6,950 bases of DNA from Octopus sinensis (Eukaryota): NCBI RefSeq assembly GCF_006345805.1, contig NW_021829062.1, positions 1 through 6,950 of the forward strand. The letters run 5' to 3'. Of the stretch, positions 1 to 6,345 are shown in pieces. Under the pieces are notes generated by a model, which was not told the origin of the DNA, ran no database searches, and was given only the letters and a program-made list of their open reading frames with translations. A program made the translations under genes and the position numbers. Numbering within the stretch: position 1 is the first letter of the stretch; each line of letters starts with the position of its first letter.

Positions 1-147
1 GTCTTACCACATATCCACGCTTGTTCCTAATCCATCATGTTCGTTCTACATCAATTAAACAATCTTACAACAACCAACCCTCGAGAGAGAAACATTTTAT
101 CTCCCGACCAAACTTGTTCAGAAGCGACATCAGTTTCTTATTTGAAT

Positions 148-572
148 CCTCCCACTCTTTATCTCTCTCTCACGTGTCTCTCCATCTGTCCACCTAACTA
201 TCTGTCTCTCTGCCTCTCTCACATTCCTCTCTCTCTCTCTACTACTGTCTCTATGTCTTCACTTTTCCCTCGCTCTCTCTCTCTCTCTTTCTCTTTCTGC
301 CTCTTCTCTCTGTCCTGATGTCGCTGTATTTTCTCTCCGTATCTCAGAATGTCCGTCTCTCTCTGTCTCTTTCTCAGTTTTCGTCTCTCTCCGACTGACT
401 GCCTGCCTTCATGTCTTTCTCTTTCCCGTGTCTCCGTCAATCTGTCTCTCTGTCTTTACGTCTCACATTCTCAGTTCTTCTCTTATTATCTTTGTCTTCA
501 TTTTTCCTTCTCTTTCTGTCTGCCTGTCTATCTATCTACCTCTCTCCAACTCTCTTTCGCCCCTTTTCTCTC

Positions 573-618
<46 letters not shown>

Positions 619-800
619 GCGTGTTTCTATCCATCTCTCTGTCTCTTCTATCACTTCTATCTTTGCCACTCCATTTCTCCTTGTCTCTCGTTCTCTCTCC
701 TACTGTCTCTGTGTCTTCATCTCTCTCTATTTCTCTTTCTTTCTCTCTCTTTTTCTTTCATTTTCTCTCCCCCATCCATCCCCTCTCGGTCACTTTCCTC
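148..800. repeat. Long CT-rich (polypyrimidine) low-complexity tract with degenerate (CT)n
   Basis: About 650 bp of mostly C/T on the + strand, including a perfect (CT)15 at 577-606. The L/S-rich and R/E-rich ORFs across it are translation artefacts. Boundaries are approximate. Confidence 0.95.
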
Positions 801-975
801 TATTGCCATTCATAAAATTCCCATATGAGATGACGGATATTTTAAAGTAAATAAACAAACAAGCACAAATTACGTACCCGGATAAACCACTCCGCTTTCG
901 TCATTAAAGCAAGGTTATGGTCCAATGGACGCCATTTTACTTTCACTCGACTGGCTTATAATAAAAGATAATTGT

Positions 976-1057
976 CACCACCACCACCACCACCATCATT
1001 AATGTCACCGCCACCGCCGCCACAACCGCTAAGAACAACAAGAACAACAATAACAAC
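976..1057. repeat. Compound trinucleotide cluster (CAC)6 / (CGC,CAC) / (AAC,AAG,AAT)
   Basis: (CAC)6 at 976-993, followed by caccgccaccgccgccac and aagaacaacaagaacaacaataacaac. Confidence 0.85.
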
Positions 1058-1214
1058 GAATGATAAATATTTTAATTGCAATTGTTGTGTTTAATTAGTA
1101 TAGATAGTTGGATCGTTTTGACGAAATACCAAGACTAAGTTGTTAAGAAGATTAATAATGATAATAATGGTTGAATGGTGGAAATGTTTTAGCAATCAGT
1201 CGAAACGCTTCTAG

Positions 1215-1220
1215 TATATG

Positions 1221-1287
<67 letters not shown>
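1215..1287. repeat. Compound (TA)n-(TG)27 microsatellite
   Basis: TA run at 1215-1232 with one G, then perfect TG at 1233-1286. It abuts the tail of the minus-strand SINE at 1288. Confidence 0.97.
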
Positions 1288-1288
<1 letters not shown>

Positions 1289-1711
1289 TTTTCTTTTTAC
1301 TTGTTTCAGTCATTGGGCTGCGGTCATGATGGAGCACCGCCTCAAGCATTTCGTTTTAGTTAGTCGAACCAATCAAACTTCGGTGCTTATTTTCCTTTTT
1401 GCTTAAAGTTGGTTACTTATTATTATATCGCTATTTTTTACTGGACCGCTAAGTTACGGACAAGTAAATACACTGGCACCGGTTGTCAAGCGGCAAAGGG
1501 GACAAGTGCAAACACAAAGATAGACAGACAAACACACACACACACATACATACACACACACACACACATACATACACACACACACACACACACACCACAC
1601 ACACACACACGCACACACGATGGGCTTTCACACAGTTTCCATTTACAAAATTTATTCATAAATCACTCGTCGGCCCAAGACTATGTACTAAAAGATTCTT
1701 GCCCAAGGTGC
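1288..1711 (-). mobile_element. Family A SINE, 5'-truncated and diverged (no tRNA head)
   Basis: The reverse complement aligns with the copy at 6346-6745. Matches include the tail cttttctttttacttgtttcagtca, ggagcaccgcct, ccgctaagttacgg, ggttgtcaagcg, an internal (CA)n, cgatgggct, gtcggcccaagactat and cttgcccaaggtgc. Similarity stops at about 1711, in the CORE-like segment. Confidence 0.9.
1532..1618. repeat. (CA)n/(CATA) microsatellite internal to the family A SINE
   Basis: Interrupted CA run at the position of the family's internal microsatellite. Confidence 0.95.
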
Positions 1712-1716
1712 ATGTT

Positions 1717-1954
1717 ATATGGGTGCGTGCGTGCGCGCGTGTTTTTGTATATGTGTGCTTCTAAGCGTTTGTGTTTGTCTCACCAGCACCAACTGACAGC
1801 CGGTGTTCGTTTGTTTTCGTCCTTGTAGCTTTGAAGTTCGACGAAAAAATAGAGATAGAATATGTAACAAATTTAAAATAAGTTCGACTAAACCTTTTAA
1901 GGTGGTGCCCCAGCATAGCCGCAGTTTAATAACTGAAAGAGATAAAGGATAAAA
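1717..1954 (+). mobile_element. Family A SINE, 3' half, diverged
   Basis: gtgtttgtctcaccagc...tgacagccggtgttcg...gttcgacgaaaa...gatagaata...tcgactaaa...aaggtggtgccccagcatagccgcagt...actgaaagagataaagg aligns with 6540-6745. It carries an internal deletion before ttcgact. Confidence 0.85.
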
Positions 1955-2078
1955 TTTGCGTGAACATATTTGCGTTATCATATTCATAGCTAAGTTAAAA
2001 CTCACACATTTACTTCATATGTATCTTAACATAGATATGTTAGCAATAATATTAAATGTAATATTTATGTTAGCGAAA

Positions 2079-2660
2079 GGCAAGCGAGCTGGCAGAAACG
2101 TTTGCACGCCGGGCGAAATGCTTAGCGGTATTTCGTCTGCCGTTACGTTCTGAGTTCAAATTCCGCTGAGGTCGACTTTACCTTTCATCCTTTCGGGGTC
2201 GATTAAATAAGTACCAGTTACACACTGGGGTCGATCTAATCGACTTAATCCATTTGTCTGTCCATGTTTGTCCTCTCTGTTTTTAGCCCCTTGTGGGTAG
2301 TAAAGAAATAGGTATTTCGTCTGCCGTTATGTTCTGAGTTCAAATTCCGCCGAGGTCGACTTTGCCTTTCATCCTTTCGGGGTCGATTAAATAAGTACCA
2401 GTTACGCACTGGGGTCGATGTAATCGACTTAATCCGTGTGTCTGTCCTTGTCTGTCCCCTCTATATTTAGCCCCTTGTGGGTAGTAAAAGAAATAAGTAT
2501 TTCGTCTGCCGTTACGGTCTGAGTTCAAATTCCGCCGAGGTCGACTTTGCTTTTCATCCTTTCGGGGTCGATAAAGTAAGTAGCAGTTACGTACTGGGGT
2601 CGATCTATTCGACTGGCCCCCTCCCCCAAAATTTCGGGTCTTGTGCCTAAAGTAGAAAAG
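2079..2660 (+). mobile_element. Family C tRNA-derived SINE with an internal head-to-tail triplication (units 2128-2311, 2312-2496, 2497-2660)
   Basis: The head is ggcaagcgagctggcagaaacg (A-box-like). A B box, gagttcaaattcc, occurs in each unit, and the period is 184/185 bp. The flanking direct repeats aatatttatgttagcgaaa (2060-2078) and aatatttatgctagtgaga (2661-2679) match at 16/19. The central gcctttcatcctttcggggtcgataaa-taagtacc recalls conserved central SINE domains (Meta/Deu-Nin type); that assignment is from memory and is unverified. Confidence 0.9.
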
Positions 2661-2799
2661 AATATTTATGCTAGTGAGATTAGTATTAATATATTAAGTA
2701 CTATTTATAGATAATAGTTATGTTAGTGTTACTATATTATTAGTTAAGCTAGTGTAATCATATTTAGTTATATTAGTATTAATGCATTTAATTGGTATG

Positions 2800-2997
2800 T
2801 TTTATTTGTTTGTCATTTGACTGTGGCCATGTTAAAGCACCGCTTTTAGTCAAACACATCGATCCCAGGACGTATTCTTTGTAGGCCTAGTACTTATTCT
2901 ATCGTTCTTTTGCCGAACCGCTAAGTTACGGCGACGTAAACACATCAACATCCGTTGTCAAGCGATGGTGTAAGGACACACAGATACACACACACAT

Positions 2998-3028
<31 letters not shown>

Positions 3029-3189
3029 CGACGGGCTTCTTTCAGTTCCCGTCTACCAAATCCACCCAAAAGACATTAGTCGGCCCGAGGCTATAGTAAA
3101 AGACACTTGCCCAAGATGCCACGCAGTGGGACTGAACCCTGAACTATGGTTGGTAAGCGAACTACTTACCACAAACCCACACCTGCGCC
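2800..3189 (-). mobile_element. Family A SINE, near full length
   Basis: The reverse complement begins ggcgcaggtgtgggtttgtggtaagtag. It has an intact B box (gggactgaacc on + at 3128-3138), a CORE-like cttgggcaag, an internal microsatellite and the 3' module. It is collinear with 6346-6745 at roughly 80-85% identity, judged by eye. Confidence 0.93.
3001..3028. repeat. (GATA)7 inside the family A SINE
   Basis: Perfect 28-bp run, preceded by a short CA/TA stretch. Confidence 0.97.
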
Positions 3190-3378
3190 TAGTATATGTT
3201 TCTGTCGTCATATTTAATAGTTCCTTACTGCTAGTAGAGTAGTTAGTTAAGTTGGTATTATATAATCAAGACAGTGGCTTAACAAAATCATTAGCGGGTC
3301 GGAGAAAATATTTGTGACCTTTTTCTTACATTTTTTTTTTTGCAGCTCTTTAAAGAAAGAATTATTATTATTATTATT

Positions 3379-3499
3379 GAGTTCAAATTCTGTTGAGGTC
3401 AAATTTGACTGTCATCGTTTCAGGGTCGATGAAATAAGGTCAATATAATTAACTTGTTCCTCCCGCCTAAATTGTTGGGCGTGTACCAAAATTTGGAAT
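3379..3499 (+). mobile_element. Old, internally deleted family C SINE fragment
   Basis: gagttcaaattctgttgaggtcaaatttgactgtcatcgtttcagggtcgatgaaataa aligns with gagttcaaattccgccgaggtcgactttgcctttcatcctttcggggtcgattaaataa. After a deletion of about 18 bp it continues as a degraded 3' end. Confidence 0.8.
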
Positions 3500-3834
3500 T
3501 ATTATAATCATCATTATTTGTTTAAAGAAAATAAATATAGCAAGAATGGCCGGAGTGAATGAAACTGAGTGAAAAGTACGGAGGTGAAAGGAACACTTGC
3601 CATGGTATTTCTGGGGCATAGGGTGATTCAAAATCTGTGGGGGTCCCTTGGTTGGTTCTGGGTGGCAGTTCTCTTCTTTTGGGGAATTTTATTATGAATT
3701 TTCTTGTTAATTGTTAATGTTTGAATAGCTTATACGCATGTTTGTAAATTCCCCACAGTCATTTCTCTGAATTTTCCCAAATATTTTTGTGGCCCTTTGT
3801 GACTAATAAAGAAAGAATTATTATTATTATTATT

Positions 3835-4247
3835 GAGTGAGAAAGCAGTGCATGCCATCAAAGTGACACTGGGGTAAAATATACGAAGCCCAATATACCC
3901 ATCATGACTTCTCGTCTGATAAGGGTACACCAGGCACATGCATCACAACCATATGTGCGCGACTTGGTGATCTCATATCAAGATAAACAACGCATAGCAA
4001 ATTCCCAAGAGAAAGGAAACGCCACCCTGAATAAAGGCTGTTTAAGGATGTTGAACGAAATAGCCATGCTTCCAGAGGTAAATTATTCAACACTCCCCCC
4101 CACCAAATTCCTCTCAACACATGTCTATGATGCTCCCCCACTACTTCTGCTCGTGCTCAGAGATGCCCATATCGCCAGCCACTAAGGGACATACACTACT
4201 GGTTAAGGTCAAGCAACTGATGAGCAAATGTGTGGTATTGAGCAGAA
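3835..4247 (-). mobile_element. Unclassified interspersed element bounded by (ATT)n on both sides
   Basis: A complex block of about 410 bp starts right after (ATT)6 (3817-3834) and ends right at the large ATT array. It has no TIRs and no recognisable protein motif. I recall the sequence as an octopus interspersed repeat, but only one copy is present here. The strand is inferred from an (AAT)n tail. Confidence 0.5.
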
Positions 4248-4394
4248 TATTATTATTATTATTACTATCATTATTATTATTATTATTTTTATTATTATTA
4301 TTATTATTTTTATTATTATTATTATTATTTTATTATTATTATTATTATTATAACTACTACTACTACTACTATTATATTATAATTATCAGTATTA

Positions 4395-4426
<32 letters not shown>

Positions 4427-4474
4427 GTTATTATTGTTATTATTATTGTTATTATTATTATTATTATTATTATT
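4248..4474. repeat. Large compound (ATT)n array with TTT, ACT, ATC and GTT variant blocks
   Basis: About 227 bp of trinucleotide repeat. It is the source of the poly-L/Y/I ORFs. Confidence 0.97.
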
Positions 4475-4639
4475 GATAAATCATTATCCCTTATGTAGTT
4501 GTCGTAGTTATTATTATGTTGATGTAAATAAAATAATTTCCCAAATAACTCGCATCCGGTTTACAGCAAATGTTTTCGTAATTCATATCCGGTTATTAAC
4601 ATACTGATTAATCTCTTTATCCTTATTATCTCCCACCAG

Positions 4640-4680
4640 TCTCTCATTCCCCCTCTCTTTCTCTCTCTCTCTCTGTCTCC
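4640..4680. repeat. Short degenerate (CT)n
   Basis: ctctcattccccctctctttctctctctctctctgtctcc. Confidence 0.85.
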
Positions 4681-4820
4681 ACGTTTCCCGCGTATTCTCT
4701 CTTCACATCCATATCCACCACACATGTATACACACAAAGTGGAAACCGATTATTATAATCACGGTTAATATTAACGAAAAGGCTTCGTTCCAGTTTCATC
4801 ACAATATGCAATATCCAGTA

Positions 4821-4854
4821 TACATACATACATACATACATACATACATACATA
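4821..4854. repeat. (TACA)8 microsatellite
   Basis: Perfect tetranucleotide run at 4821-4852 plus TA. Confidence 0.97.
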
Positions 4855-4862
4855 ATTACGTA

Positions 4863-5380
4863 TATCTTTTACTTGTTTCAGGGTGGAGGCGCAATGGCCC
4901 AGTGGTTAGGGCAGCGGACTCGCGGTCATAGGATCGCGATTTCGATTCCCAGACAGGGCGTTGTGAGTGTTTATTGAACGAAAACACCTAAAAGCTCCAC
5001 GAGGCTCCGGCAGGGGATGGTGGTGATCCCTGCTGTACTCTTTCACCACAACTTTCTCTCACTCTTACTTCCTGTTTCTGTTGTACCTGTATTTCAAAGG
5101 GCCGGCCTTGTCACTCTCTGTGTCACGCTGAATATCCCCGAGAACTACGTTAAGGGTACGCGTGTCTGTGGAGTGCTCAGCCACTTACGCGTTAATTTCA
5201 CGAGCAGGCTGTTCCGTTGATTCGGGTCAACCGGAACCCTCGTCGTCGTAACCGACGGAGTGCTTCCACTTGTTTCAGTCATCAGACCACGGCTATGCTG
5301 GGGCAGCGCTTTGAAGAATTTTTAGTCGCATAAATCGACCCCAGTACTTTTGTAAGCCGCGTACTTATTTTATGGATCTC
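4863..5380 (-). mobile_element. Family A SINE 3' fragment, split by a nested insertion (host parts 4863-4881 and 5268-5380)
   Basis: Removing 4882-5278 (the insert plus one TSD copy) gives cttttacttgtttcagtcatcagaccacggctatgctggggcagcgc...tagtcgcataaatcgaccccagtac...tgtaagcc...gtacttattttat. This is the reverse complement of the family A 3' end (compare 6625-6735). Confidence 0.9.
4882..5267 (+). mobile_element. Family B tRNA-derived SINE, apparently full length, with an 11-bp TSD
   Basis: It has a consensus A box tggcccagtgg (4895-4905), a B-box-like ttcgattcc (4941-4949) and a tRNA-Arg-like anticodon region (ggactcgcggtc). There are 3' hairpins at 5211-5237 and 5244-5257. The perfect TSD acttgtttcag lies at 4871-4881 and 5268-5278. 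Confidence 0.9.
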
Positions 5381-5490
5381 TCTCTCCCCCCTCTCTCTCT
5401 CTATCTATCTATCTATATTTATCTATCAACATACACGCGCACACGCACACACTCTCACACACACACGCACGCACACATACTCACAGACTC
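5376..5490. repeat. Mixed (CT)n, (CTAT)n and (CA/CG)n microsatellites
   Basis: Adjacent short runs directly visible in the sequence. Confidence 0.9.
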
Positions 5491-5494
5491 TGTT

Positions 5495-5660
5495 TATGTA
5501 TCTATCTCTCTCTCCATCCGTCTGTCTATCTGTCTTTCTTTTCATCTGTCTATTCATCTTTCTGTCTGTCTGTCTATCTATCTGTCTACCTATCAGTCTG
5601 TCTGTCTGTCTGCCTGTCTATCTATCTGTCTGCCTATTAGTCTGTCTGTCTGTCTGCCTG

Positions 5661-5707
<47 letters not shown>

Positions 5708-5720
5708 GTCTATCTATCTG

Positions 5721-5767
<47 letters not shown>

Positions 5768-5832
5768 ATCTATCTGTCTGTCTGCCTGTCTATCTATCTG
5801 TCTGTCTGCCTGTCTGCCTGTGTGTCTGCCTG

Positions 5833-5924
<92 letters not shown>

Positions 5925-5998
5925 CCTATCTATCTATCTGTCTGTCTGTCTGCCTGTCTATCTATCTGTCTGTCTGCCTGTCTGCCTGTCTGTCTATC
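5495..5998. repeat. About 500-bp compound tetranucleotide array (TCTA)n/(TCTG)n/(CCTG)
   Basis: The 4-nt register is held from about 5565 to 5996. It is the source of the LSIY/LSVC repeat ORFs. Confidence 0.98.
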
Positions 5999-6345
5999 CT
6001 TTGTTTTACGTTCTACGTATTCTCCCTTTGTTTCACTTAGGCATTTCATAATTATCTGTTTATCCATTTCTTTCATGTCAACTGTCATTCCTGTTCCACT
6101 GTGAAACACTACGTTTCTTCTGTGAACGTGTCGAAAGGGTATTCCCGCTCCTTTTTGTATATCCAAAGTCTCTTCAGAATCCGGTATTTTTCACAACGGT
6201 TTTTTTCCAATTTCGCCCCTCACCCCAAATCAGCTTCTGAAACTGTTAATCTAACATTCACCAATTATTTCTAGTAGGTGAACAACCTCATAAAGAGGCC
6301 TGTCCCATTTCATCTGTTGAATCAACAGACATTCCACGCATTATA

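Noticed and set aside
37-850. Overlapping ORFs of 73-159 aa
   Set aside because: They are L/S/F- or R/E-rich translations of the CT tract with no domain-like sequence.
1152-1828. ORFs with HT/CV repeats
   Set aside because: They are translations of (TG)n/(CA)n and SINE sequence.
2128-2613. Regularly spaced repeats as a CRISPR-like array
   Set aside because: The units are 184-185 bp and similar along their whole length, with no unique spacers. The context is eukaryotic SINE and there are no cas genes.
2790-3202. Possible TSD for the family A copy at 2800-3189 (tatgttt on both sides)
   Set aside because: The match is only 7 bp, AT-rich and offset from the element boundary.
3541-3690. Stop-free minus-strand frame (KFPKRRELPPRTNQGTPQ...)
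   Set aside because: It is about 50 codons with no recognisable domain or splice context.
3902-4185. 79-aa (-) and 93-aa (+) ORFs in the ATT-flanked element
   Set aside because: They are short, overlap on opposite strands and have no RT, endonuclease or transposase motifs.
4217-4247. CTGATGA as a hammerhead ribozyme core
   Set aside because: No stem II followed by GAAA, and no stems I/III could be built.
4121-4607. Poly-L/Y/I ORFs
   Set aside because: They are translations of the (ATT)n array.
4882-4960. Functional tRNA gene
   Set aside because: There is no proper acceptor stem and the B box is degenerate. The sequence continues into a 300-bp body bounded by a TSD, so it is a SINE head.
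5270-5285. Minus-strand CTGATGA-CT-GAAAC, which resembles a hammerhead core
   Set aside because: There are only 2 nt where stem II should be. Other family A copies read caaatgactgaaac, so this is a private variant.
5372-6166. 222-aa, 202-aa and 78-aa ORFs
   Set aside because: [12 protein letters not shown] periodicity comes from stop-free frames of the TCTA/TCTG array.
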